Origin: Fervidobacterium sp.
GTDB lineage: Bacteria > Thermotogota > Thermotogae > Thermotogales > Fervidobacteriaceae
Direction of reading: 5' to 3'
NCBI GenBank assembly: GCA_049970055.1
Contig: JBMFNR010000002.1
Span: 436,406 to 500,405 of the forward strand
DNA length: 64,000 nt
Shown one piece after another: positions 40,288-48,413 of the stretch (positions within the stretch are counted from its first letter, which is position 1; each line of letters opens with the position of its first letter). The notes beneath the pieces were generated by a model, which worked only from the letters and a program-made list of their open reading frames with translations, was not told the DNA's origin and searched no databases. Position numbers and translations under genes: made by a program.

Positions 40288-41241
40288 ATGGAGTACAGAA
40301 AAGTTGGAAAATGGGGTTTGAAGATAAGTGAAGTATCGCTTGGTTCTTGGCTCACTTTTGGTAACCAACTTGATCTAAATGCCACAAGGCAAGTTGTGAG
40401 GTACGCAGTTGAAAACGGTATAAACTTCATTGATACTGCTGAAGCATACGCAAATGGTATTGCTGAAGCTATGCTCGGGATGATACTTAAGGAATACAAA
40501 AGAGAAGACCTTGTAATCTCAACAAAAATATTTTGGGGCGGAGATGGGCCTAACCAAAAAGGATTGTCGAGAAAGCATCTACTCGAAGGTGCATGGAATT
40601 CCCTCAAGCGATTGCAATTGGATTACGTTGATATTCTTTACTGTCATAGGCCGGATCCCGAGGTACCTATGGAAGAAATTGTTTACACAATGGACCAAAT
40701 TCTCAAAAGTGGACTTGCATTTTACTGGGGTACAAGCGAATGGAGTGCTGAAGAGATAGAGCAAGCGTGCAAAGTGGCAAAAGAAATGAACTGTATGCCC
40801 CCAGTTGTTGAACAGCCACAGTACAACCTGATTTTCAAAAAGCGTGTTGAAGAAGAATACGCTCCGCTTTACGAAAAATACGGCATTGGCACGACCATTT
40901 GGAGTCCGTTGGCATCCGGAGTATTAAGTGGAAAATACTTGGAGGGAATACCGGAAGGATCAAGACTTGCTAGATGGGAATGGCTTAGAAAGACCATGGA
41001 AGAGCGTGGGATATTCCAGGAGGAAACAATGAAAAAATTGAGAAGAATTAAGGAAATTGCTGACGGACTAGGTGTAACAATGTCTCAACTTTCGATAGCG
41101 TGGTGTTTGAAAAACCCGCATGTTAGTAGTGTTATACTTGGAGTTAGCTCACTTGACCAGCTTAAAGAAAATATAAAAGCTGTTGAAGTTAAAAACCTCA
41201 TCACAGACGAGATATACAAAGAGTTGAATTCGATATTTTGA
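40288..41241 (+). CDS. Aldo/keto reductase (K+ channel beta-subunit-like)
   Basis: LGSWLTFG, DTAEAY, STKIFW, CHRPD, WGTSEW, WSPLASG. Confidence 0.92.
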   Translation: MEYRKVGKWGLKISEVSLGSWLTFGNQLDLNATRQVVRYAVENGINFIDTAEAYANGIAEAMLGMILKEYKREDLVISTKIFWGGDGPNQKGLSRKHLLEGAWNSLKRLQLDYVDILYCHRPDPEVPMEEIVYTMDQILKSGLAFYWGTSEWSAEEIEQACKVAKEMNCMPPVVEQPQYNLIFKKRVEEEYAPLYEKYGIGTTIWSPLASGVLSGKYLEGIPEGSRLARWEWLRKTMEERGIFQEETMKKLRRIKEIADGLGVTMSQLSIAWCLKNPHVSSVILGVSSLDQLKENIKAVEVKNLITDEIYKELNSIF

Positions 41242-41264
41242 TGAGAAATTATTGAGAAATCATT

Positions 41265-41288
41265 AAAAAAGGGCCGAAAGGCCCTTTT
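41265..41288. terminator. Bidirectional terminator with GAAA tetraloop
   Basis: AAAAAAGGGCC-GAAA-GGCCCTTTT. Confidence 0.8.
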
Positions 41289-42124
41289 CATTTCACAAAA
41301 GGATTGTAAAATCTACCTTTGTTGACGAAAACGGAGATCAGTACCGTAAAAAACAATATTAAAGCAGATATAACCAAAGCAACATAGTCTTCTTTCTCAA
41401 ATCTTTTTGCTGTATACCAAGTACGTTTTTTGTACTTACCAAAACCTCTTAAATCCATTGCGTTACTTATCTTTTCAACCCGTTCCATAGTTGAGAAAAT
41501 AAGAGGTACTAGTATCAAAAGTGCGTTTTTAAATCGATCGCCAAGCTTGGCCTTTCTTGATAAATCTAACCCTCTTGCTTGATGAGCGAGACTGATATCA
41601 AGATACGCTTTCTGCACATCAGGAAAGTATCTGAGAGTTAAAGCAAATGTGTAGGCTACTTTGTGATTCACACCTATTCGATTTAGAGAAGAAGCGAGTT
41701 CGCTAGGATTAGTTGTGAATAAAAATAAAATACCAAGTGGTATTATGGATATGTATTTCAAGAATTTTGTTGTTTGTTAAAATAACTGCTCTAATGTTAG
41801 TACACGCCTCTGACTGAACTGAAAAAGTACATGTCTAGTTGAATAAAGTTTAACACCTTCTTCAGGCGAGAAGATAAAGGTAATAAATTCGTTTATAAGC
41901 AAAAATACAATCACGTACAGTAACATGAGCCTTATCTGAGAAAATTTAATATTCGCTAACTTCAGCAGAGTAAAGGAAAATATGAGGATGAAAGCTATGA
42001 TCCTGATATCGTATGTGTACATAACAGTACTTGTAAGAATCATGAAAGAGATAAGCTTTGTCAGTCTTAAAAGTTTGTGAATTACTGATGTGTCGGGGTT
42101 ATAAGATATTAGTTTTTCTTGCAT
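41288..42124 (-). pseudogene. ecfT: ECF transporter transmembrane component EcfT, interrupted by in-frame TAA at 41777-41779
   Basis: The two ORFs share a frame (...EQLF*QTTKFLKY...); LRYFP, ARG and LRGF motifs. Confidence 0.88.
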
Positions 42125-42257
42125 AATTATCTCTCACCAACCTATCATAGTCGATGAAATTTTGCACAAACTTTGCTTTTTCGCTTATTCCTACAATATC
42201 CGCGAGAACGTACAGAGATGTTTCTTTCAAGTTGGCTTTCTCAATAACATCATAAGG
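42099..42257 (-). pseudogene. 3' remnant of an ECF ABC ATPase gene
   Basis: PYDVIEKANLKETSLYVLADIVG...FVQNFIDYDR, like C-tails of fused ECF ATPases; overlaps the ecfT start; no 5' part. Confidence 0.7.
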
Positions 42258-42268
42258 TACTAATAAAT

Positions 42269-42391
42269 TTTCGAGAAGCTATAGCTATCGCATTTTTAGG
42301 TGAGTTGTTTTTGCGCGGCATGGCCTACGAAAGTACGGTAGCAGGAGCAAAGACCGTTTCAATTCTAGGAAAACTTTCAATACCGTATTAG
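42269..42391 (+). pseudogene. anmK: 3' remnant of anhydro-N-acetylmuramic acid kinase
   Basis: FREAIAIAFLGELFLRG...VAGAKTVSILGKL* fits the AnmK C-terminal EA..FA.L...TGA....LG pattern; precedes SIS/nagA genes. Confidence 0.7.
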
Positions 42392-42409
42392 ATTATTGGA
42401 GGGGAAAGA

Positions 42410-43343
42410 ATGGAGAATAGCAAGATCCATACTTACAACACATACAGCAAAATTCTCAGAGTTAACGAATTAATTAAACGGGTTGATGCAATCATCCCAA
42501 TAACGTTCTCAAAAAAACAAGTATCTGTTCATAGGTTGTGGTAGCTCGTATAATATTGGTCTTGTGATGATATCTGTACTTCGACAATTTGGTATAAATG
42601 CAAAAGCATATACATCTGGGGAATTTCTTGTTAACGGAAAATTGCTAGACAAAGTTTCAGAAGAGTACGATACAGCTATACTAATTTCAAGAACAGGCAC
42701 TACTACGGAAACAGTTGAGAGCGCGAAAAAGTTATCCCGGAAAATGGAGACTATCGGTATCTCTTGCGAGAAAAACACACCATTGAGTAGCGTATGTAGT
42801 GAAAAAATCGAACTGGACTTTGCCCGTGAGAAATCTGTGGTAATGACTGGCAGTTTCTCAGCTATTTTGAGGCTACTTTTGAAAGGTATTTTAAGGCGAT
42901 TAATCTCTCCCGAGCCATTTTTAGCACTGTACCAAAGACTGTTAAACGAGGAACTTGTTGGTAAAAAAGACTACTTTGTTTTCCTAGGATACAACGAAAG
43001 ATATTACATCGCTAAGGAAAGTGCGCTGAAAGTTCAGGAGATGGCACCATCATGCACGGAGTACTATGAGCCTTTAGAGTACCGTCACGGACCGATAGCC
43101 CGGCTTTCAGAAAAAACGCACGTAACGATATTTTCAACTGGTAGTTAGTATGAAAGAGTATTATCAAAAGAATTAGAAAACAAAGGAGCAAATGTTCATC
43201 TCTTAGATCCCTTAACCGAGTATCCGATTTTCAAAGTGCAATTTTTAAGCCTTTATGCGCAGATGTTAGGGTACAAGAAAGTCCTACAGAAAGGAATCAA
43301 CCCTGACAAGCCGGTAGGGCTTGTTAAATCTGTCATATTGTGA
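42410..43343 (+). pseudogene. SIS-domain glucosamine-6-phosphate deaminase/isomerase (GlmS C-terminal-like) with frameshift and nonsense codon
   Basis: ATG 42410 with RBS; frameshift near A7 42511-42517; IGCGSS, SRTGTTTE, LKVQE, EYRHGP; TAG 43146; frame resumes to GINPDKP..LVKSV*. Confidence 0.88.
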
Positions 43344-43352
43344 GGTGATTGC

Positions 43353-44408
43353 ATGATCTTAGAAGATGTTCTCATCGTTGATCCAATTGACGGTGAATAT
43401 GTAGGAAGTATAGAGTTCGACGACAAGATTCATAAGGTGAGAAAATCAAACAAAAATTCGTACAAAAGCATAGTAATGCCTGCATTCGTTGATCCACATA
43501 TCCATGGTATCAGAGGTATTGATACAATGACAGCTTCATACGACGACTTTCTAAAATTTAAAGAGTACGAAGCTTTAGAAGGGGTTTGGTACTTTCTCCC
43601 AACAACGGTAACATCACCAATTGAAAAGCTAAAAGATATCAATTTACCAGGTGGCTTCAAATTGCACCTTGAAGGTCCCTTCATCTCCGAGCAGCGAAAG
43701 GGTGCGCATAACGAAAAGTACATTATCACGCCTCCAAAAGATCTCACAGAAATTCAAAAGCTTATTTTGCCAGAAAAAATCGAGTTAATAACAGCAGCTC
43801 CGGAAAACGATAATTTCTTCAATTTTGCGAAAGATTGCTTAAACCACAATATTAAAATTTCTTTGGGGCATTCCAACGCAAATTTTCAAGTTGCAAAAAA
43901 GGCATTTGAAAGTGGTTTCAAGCGTATAACACACTTTCCAAACGCTCTAAGTCCTCTCCATCATAGGGATTTGAATATGGTAGGAGCAGGTCTGTATCTT
44001 GATTTCACCGTTGAGATGATAGTTGACGGTGTACATTCCTCACCTGAGTTTGTCGATTTTGTGTTCAAAATAAAGGGTTCCGATAAAATTATCCTTGTAA
44101 CAGATAGCATATCCGCAACAGGTTTGAAGGATGGAGATTACATGCTTGGTGACCTGCCTGTAAAGGTTAGAGGTGGTAAAGCGCAACTGAAAGATGGAAC
44201 GATTGCTGGTAGTACGTTGAGGTTTTCCCAAGCTGTTAAAAATTTTCACAGATTCACAAAATGTACCTTGAAAGAACTCGCCAAAGTTTCATCCTACAAT
44301 GCATGCAAGGATTTAGGAATCGAAGGTGGGAGGCTTTTAGAAGGATATCCTGCCAGATTTGTCGAGCTTGATGGAGATCTGAATATAAAAAAGACTTGGA
44401 ATTTTTAG
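43353..44408 (+). CDS. nagA: N-acetylglucosamine-6-phosphate deacetylase
   Basis: DPHIHG, PTT, HLEGPF, KGAH, GHS, THFPNA, DGVH, VTDS, IAGS. Confidence 0.93.
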   Translation: MILEDVLIVDPIDGEYVGSIEFDDKIHKVRKSNKNSYKSIVMPAFVDPHIHGIRGIDTMTASYDDFLKFKEYEALEGVWYFLPTTVTSPIEKLKDINLPGGFKLHLEGPFISEQRKGAHNEKYIITPPKDLTEIQKLILPEKIELITAAPENDNFFNFAKDCLNHNIKISLGHSNANFQVAKKAFESGFKRITHFPNALSPLHHRDLNMVGAGLYLDFTVEMIVDGVHSSPEFVDFVFKIKGSDKIILVTDSISATGLKDGDYMLGDLPVKVRGGKAQLKDGTIAGSTLRFSQAVKNFHRFTKCTLKELAKVSSYNACKDLGIEGGRLLEGYPARFVELDGDLNIKKTWNF

Positions 44409-44500
44409 AGGTTAAGATATAATATTAGATGTGTTCGAAGAGTTTCTAAAAAGACAAAGTAAAAAACGATAGCAAAGTCAATGAAACGGAGGGAAAATAA

Positions 44501-45421
44501 TTGCTCCATGAAAAAATCATTGAAAACGTCAAAAAAGTCATCAAAGGAAAAGATGAACAAATAATGATAGTTTTAGCAGCGATGTACGCGGGTGGTCATG
44601 TGTTGCTTGAAGATGTACCTGGTGTTGGAAAAACGATTCTTGCACGTTCAGTTGCTATCTCGCTTGATCTTGACTTTAAAAGAATACAATTTACACCCGA
44701 TTTACTTCCAAGCGATTTAACAGGTTTGTCGATCTACGATAAAAAAGAGGATACTTTCAAATTCCTACCGGGACCTATCTTTACAGATATCCTACTTGCA
44801 GACGAGATAAATCGTGCGACACCAAGGACGCAGTCAGCGTTACTTGAAGCGATGGCAGAAGGGCAAGTAACAGTGGATGGTGTTACACACAAATTATCTT
44901 CAAACTTTTTTGTTGTAGCGACGCAAAATCCAATTGAATACGAGGGTACATTCCCCTTACCGGAAGCTCAGCTTGACAGATTCATGGCACGAATATCACT
45001 CGGATACCCTGATAAGGAGAGCGAAATAGAAATATTAGCAACTCAAAAGACAAAACACCCGATAGAAGAACTAAAACCAGTTGGTAAAATCGAAGAATTC
45101 ATAAGAGAAAAAGCAAATGTTAGACAAGTAAAAATAAGCGATGAAGTGAAAAAATACATTGTTGATATTGTTAATGAAACAAGAAATCACAAATCTCTCA
45201 AATATGGGGCGAGTCCCAGAGCAAGTCTCTCACTTATGCATATGAGCATGGCATGGGCGTATTTAAACGATAGAGACTTTGTTCTTCCAGATGATGTAAA
45301 GAAAATTGCACCATATGTACTTGTTCACAGAATAATACAAACAACAGAATCAAAGATCCTTAGGGAAGCAAAAGAAGAGATTATCCAGTCAATAATCGAA
45401 AATGTACCTGTTGTAAAATAA
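44501..45421 (+). CDS. MoxR-family AAA+ ATPase
   Basis: EDVPGVGKT, RIQFTPDLLPSD, DEINRATPRTQSALLEAM, EGTFPLPEAQLDRF. Confidence 0.95.
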   Translation: MLHEKIIENVKKVIKGKDEQIMIVLAAMYAGGHVLLEDVPGVGKTILARSVAISLDLDFKRIQFTPDLLPSDLTGLSIYDKKEDTFKFLPGPIFTDILLADEINRATPRTQSALLEAMAEGQVTVDGVTHKLSSNFFVVATQNPIEYEGTFPLPEAQLDRFMARISLGYPDKESEIEILATQKTKHPIEELKPVGKIEEFIREKANVRQVKISDEVKKYIVDIVNETRNHKSLKYGASPRASLSLMHMSMAWAYLNDRDFVLPDDVKKIAPYVLVHRIIQTTESKILREAKEEIIQSIIENVPVVK

Positions 45422-45468
45422 TCTGAAGATAGTCTGTGCAAAAATGTGAAAATAAGTGCCAGAAATAG

Positions 45469-45499
45469 CAAAAAGACTTGGCTTAGCCAAGTCTTTTTG
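45469..45499. terminator. Bidirectional intrinsic terminator
   Basis: CAAAAAGACTTGGCT-T-AGCCAAGTCTTTTTG. Confidence 0.85.
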
Positions 45500-45532
45500 T
45501 TAACAACGCTTCTGAATTGTCGCGGCCTTGGT

Positions 45533-46960
45533 CTAAACCAAGGCTGCATTTTTTTGGTTTGCCAATTCTTGACAAAGAACTTGAAAAATGTGTTTTAGTT
45601 GATCTATTTTTTGTTTATTATGTGTTTTTACCAATGCGTATTTTAATGTGACGTAACTTTCCGTTAGTGCCGCAAGACGTTCAAGTATCGATGTTTGTTG
45701 TATGTTTTCGATTAGTTCGTACGGTGTAAGGTGGTCAAGTTGGGGGAAGAATGTCTTTCGTATATATCGGTAGCTATGATCAATGAATTCTATACTTTCT
45801 AGATTTAGAATGTCCTGATAAGAGTAATCTGTTGAGTAGTTTGTTGGTTGTGTTTGAAGTTCTTCATTTTGTTGTTCTAATGCTTTCTCATTTGCGATAC
45901 TTATGAATTTTCTGGTTAGAAACCAGATAGCAATAACCGTTGAGATAATTGCGAATATGTACGCAAAAGTTGATAGAATAAATGGATCTATGAAGTTTAT
46001 GGGTGGTTTTGTTTGTGTTTTCAAATGGTTTTCTGTATTCCTACTTTGGCTTTGCTGAATACTAGTTTGCTGTTGTGTGTCGGTAACTATTGTTTTTTCA
46101 CTTGTTTCGCTTTTTTGCATTTGGTTTTGAGGTATTTGGGTGGTTTTAAACAGCGATGGAACCATGAAGAAAAATAATGAAAGCAATACAATACTTGTTG
46201 TGAAGAATGTAAACCAAATGCGGAATCTGTCTTTTCTCTGAGATTTGAAAGTTAAAATTACCGTGTAAAGCGCACCTAAGCCTGAGAAGAAAATGGCTAA
46301 TGACATGGTTAATTTGAAGAGTTTGGTGTTTATCGCTCTTATATTTTGTGTTTGAACTGATGTTGGCGAAGGTCTTTGCGCAATAGAGTTATCTGACTTT
46401 TGAGTTATTATGTTTTGTGTTTTTGATCTTTGAAAAGTTTGTTGTGAGTAATTCTGTGACAAGTTGGACGATTCAATTCTTTTTTGACTAATTCGACTTC
46501 TTTGACTAAAATCAAGTGTGAACTCTGGGAATGGTATTAGTAATAGTACACTTGCTAAGGCAAACGCAATCTGAATTTGCTTTTTAGTCAAGTATTGGTA
46601 AAAGTTCAAAATTATGTACGCTATGACAAGTATTGGTGTTATCTGATTATGAAAGAAAGTAACTGCCAATAAGTAAATTGTTAAGCTTACGATTTTGAAG
46701 TTTTTGTTTTTCTTTGTTAAGTATACTGTCATTGCGATTATAAGTACGATCGAACCGATATTCGTGAAAGTAAAAGAGTAAAGTGATGCAAGCACCAAGA
46801 TAATTAGCGAGAGTACTTCTTCTTTTGGTAATGAGAAAAGAAGAAACATGATGTATATGAATACGTTGTGTGGTGTGAGTGTGGTTTCTTTTATTGGTAG
46901 TGTAGATAGTAGAATTATTGTTGTGTTGAGTACGTTAGTTAAATATGGCACGTTGTTCAC
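45533..46960 (-). CDS. Polytopic membrane protein with Q/S/T-rich loops and DUF4129-like C-terminus
   Basis: Multiple hydrophobic segments; LTPYE...LTESY..LKY tail; follows the DUF58 gene. Confidence 0.65.
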   Translation of the reverse strand: MNNVPYLTNVLNTTIILLSTLPIKETTLTPHNVFIYIMFLLFSLPKEEVLSLIILVLASLYSFTFTNIGSIVLIIAMTVYLTKKNKNFKIVSLTIYLLAVTFFHNQITPILVIAYIILNFYQYLTKKQIQIAFALASVLLLIPFPEFTLDFSQRSRISQKRIESSNLSQNYSQQTFQRSKTQNIITQKSDNSIAQRPSPTSVQTQNIRAINTKLFKLTMSLAIFFSGLGALYTVILTFKSQRKDRFRIWFTFFTTSIVLLSLFFFMVPSLFKTTQIPQNQMQKSETSEKTIVTDTQQQTSIQQSQSRNTENHLKTQTKPPINFIDPFILSTFAYIFAIISTVIAIWFLTRKFISIANEKALEQQNEELQTQPTNYSTDYSYQDILNLESIEFIDHSYRYIRKTFFPQLDHLTPYELIENIQQTSILERLAALTESYVTLKYALVKTHNKQKIDQLKHIFQVLCQELANQKNAALV

Positions 46961-46969
46961 ACTCCTATT

Positions 46970-48256
46970 TTATTTCCATGATGATTCTTCAATTGTTTTC
47001 AAGCCTTCCATTAGACTTACATTTTCATGCCATATACTGATTAATACGTTTTCATCTCTAAGTATTTTTGCATAGTTGTATAGTTGTTTGACTTCCGGTG
47101 GAACGTCGTAGTAAGATCTAAACTTTTTACTTGTTGCATCTCTATACCCGTAAGGCATCAGTAAGACAACTACTCTTCCACACCGGCTTTTAAGGTGTAT
47201 TATCTCTTTGACTTCGTCCGTTGTTAACAACATACTGAGGATTACAACAGTGTCTACAGGTTGGACCGCTGCCAGTATTTCAGCGAGAAGTTCTGTAGTA
47301 TCTTTTTCATTTTCTATTGTTCCCTGCACTTCTGCCAAGTAGTCAAAATATATAACGGGGTCTTTTTCTTTTATACTTTGAAAACCTTTACCATCTGAGG
47401 TGTACAGGTAAACTTGTTCATGTCTACCTGAGAAGTAATTTATTAATCCAGTCGCAGCTTTAATTGCGTCTTCTTCGTATTTTTTTCGGATGTAAAACCA
47501 AGCATTCTTTGAGTATATGGTACCTGGAAGGTTTAAATCAAGGAGTATAAGAATTTTTCCAGTACCAGTGTATTCAAAATCTTTGACGATGAGTTTGTCG
47601 TACTTGACACTTTTTTTCCAATGAATTTTGTTGAGTGGATCGTTGTTGTACTCGCGTAAATCTTTTACGTAAGAGATATCTTCCGCAAGTTTATAGCTGC
47701 TTTTAAGGTTGGGGAGCGATTCCCAAATGCGTTCTAACATGATGTTGGACTCTTCCATATTTGGCAAGACTTTCACGTCTGAATTGATGAATTCGCTCCT
47801 AATGATTGAAAATAATTTTCCGAAGCCTTCGATTTTTATTGAATAAGTGCCTAATTGTTTTGTGCCCCTTGTCCCAAGTTTAGATGTGTAAATAACACTT
47901 TGTTCTTCGTTGGGGTTTAAGAGAATTTCTCTCGGTTCTTTGTTGATCAGTAAAGGCGGCGTTATGGTGATGAATAAACTCTGAGGTGATTTAATGATGA
48001 ATTCCACTTGGAATTCCTCGTTGGTGAAGACCCTTGCGCGAGCTTTCACCATGATTTCAATTTTTTCAATCGCCCTTCTTTTTTTGAAGTAATCGTAAAA
48101 AACGTACGCTACCAAAAAATCAGTAGCTAGTATGTATTTGTTGAATGCAAAGATGTTTGCGAGCATTACGATAAGAAGTAATACGTAGACGAATGGTGAA
48201 TATTTTGTCCAAATATTATATTTTGTTTGCTGGCTGACGGCTGGCTGGGATATCAT
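46970..48256 (-). CDS. DUF58 family protein (MoxR-associated)
   Basis: N-terminal TM helices; LREYNNDPLNKIHWKKS..KLIVKDFE. Confidence 0.88.
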   Translation of the reverse strand: MISQPAVSQQTKYNIWTKYSPFVYVLLLIVMLANIFAFNKYILATDFLVAYVFYDYFKKRRAIEKIEIMVKARARVFTNEEFQVEFIIKSPQSLFITITPPLLINKEPREILLNPNEEQSVIYTSKLGTRGTKQLGTYSIKIEGFGKLFSIIRSEFINSDVKVLPNMEESNIMLERIWESLPNLKSSYKLAEDISYVKDLREYNNDPLNKIHWKKSVKYDKLIVKDFEYTGTGKILILLDLNLPGTIYSKNAWFYIRKKYEEDAIKAATGLINYFSGRHEQVYLYTSDGKGFQSIKEKDPVIYFDYLAEVQGTIENEKDTTELLAEILAAVQPVDTVVILSMLLTTDEVKEIIHLKSRCGRVVVLLMPYGYRDATSKKFRSYYDVPPEVKQLYNYAKILRDENVLISIWHENVSLMEGLKTIEESSWK

Positions 48257-48304
48257 TTTACCTCCTAAGTCATTTAATTTGGATTGTTTAAATTGGTTAC
48301 GTAA

Positions 48305-48333
48305 ATTTTATCATTGATTATCTTCGATATCAA
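48305..48333 (-). promoter_or_regulatory. Sigma70 promoter for the DUF58 operon
   Basis: Minus strand TTGATA-17 nt-TAAAAT with an extended TG. Confidence 0.6.
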
Positions 48334-48362
48334 TACGGCTTTAATGTGGCTTTACGAAGGGG

Positions 48363-48386
48363 AAAGTGATATAAAAGTGATATAAT
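48363..48386 (+). repeat. Tandem 11-bp duplication AAAGTGATATA containing an extended -10 (TGATATAAT)
   Basis: Copies at 48363-48373 and 48374-48384, upstream of the WD40 gene. Confidence 0.6.
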
Positions 48387-48413
48387 TTTTAAAAATGAAA
48401 TGAAGGTGGTTTT

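Noticed and set aside
42511..42517. A7 tract as a programmed frameshift or phase-variation switch
   Set aside because: A second lesion (TAG 43146) and the lost upstream operon favour simple decay
43701..43711. GGTGCGCATAA, identical to the XerC arm of E. coli dif
   Set aside because: It encodes the conserved GAHN motif of NagA, and no XerD arm follows
45421..45533. oriC in this intergenic gap
   Set aside because: Only about 110 bp, mostly a terminator, with no recognisable DnaA-box array; the skew is reported separately
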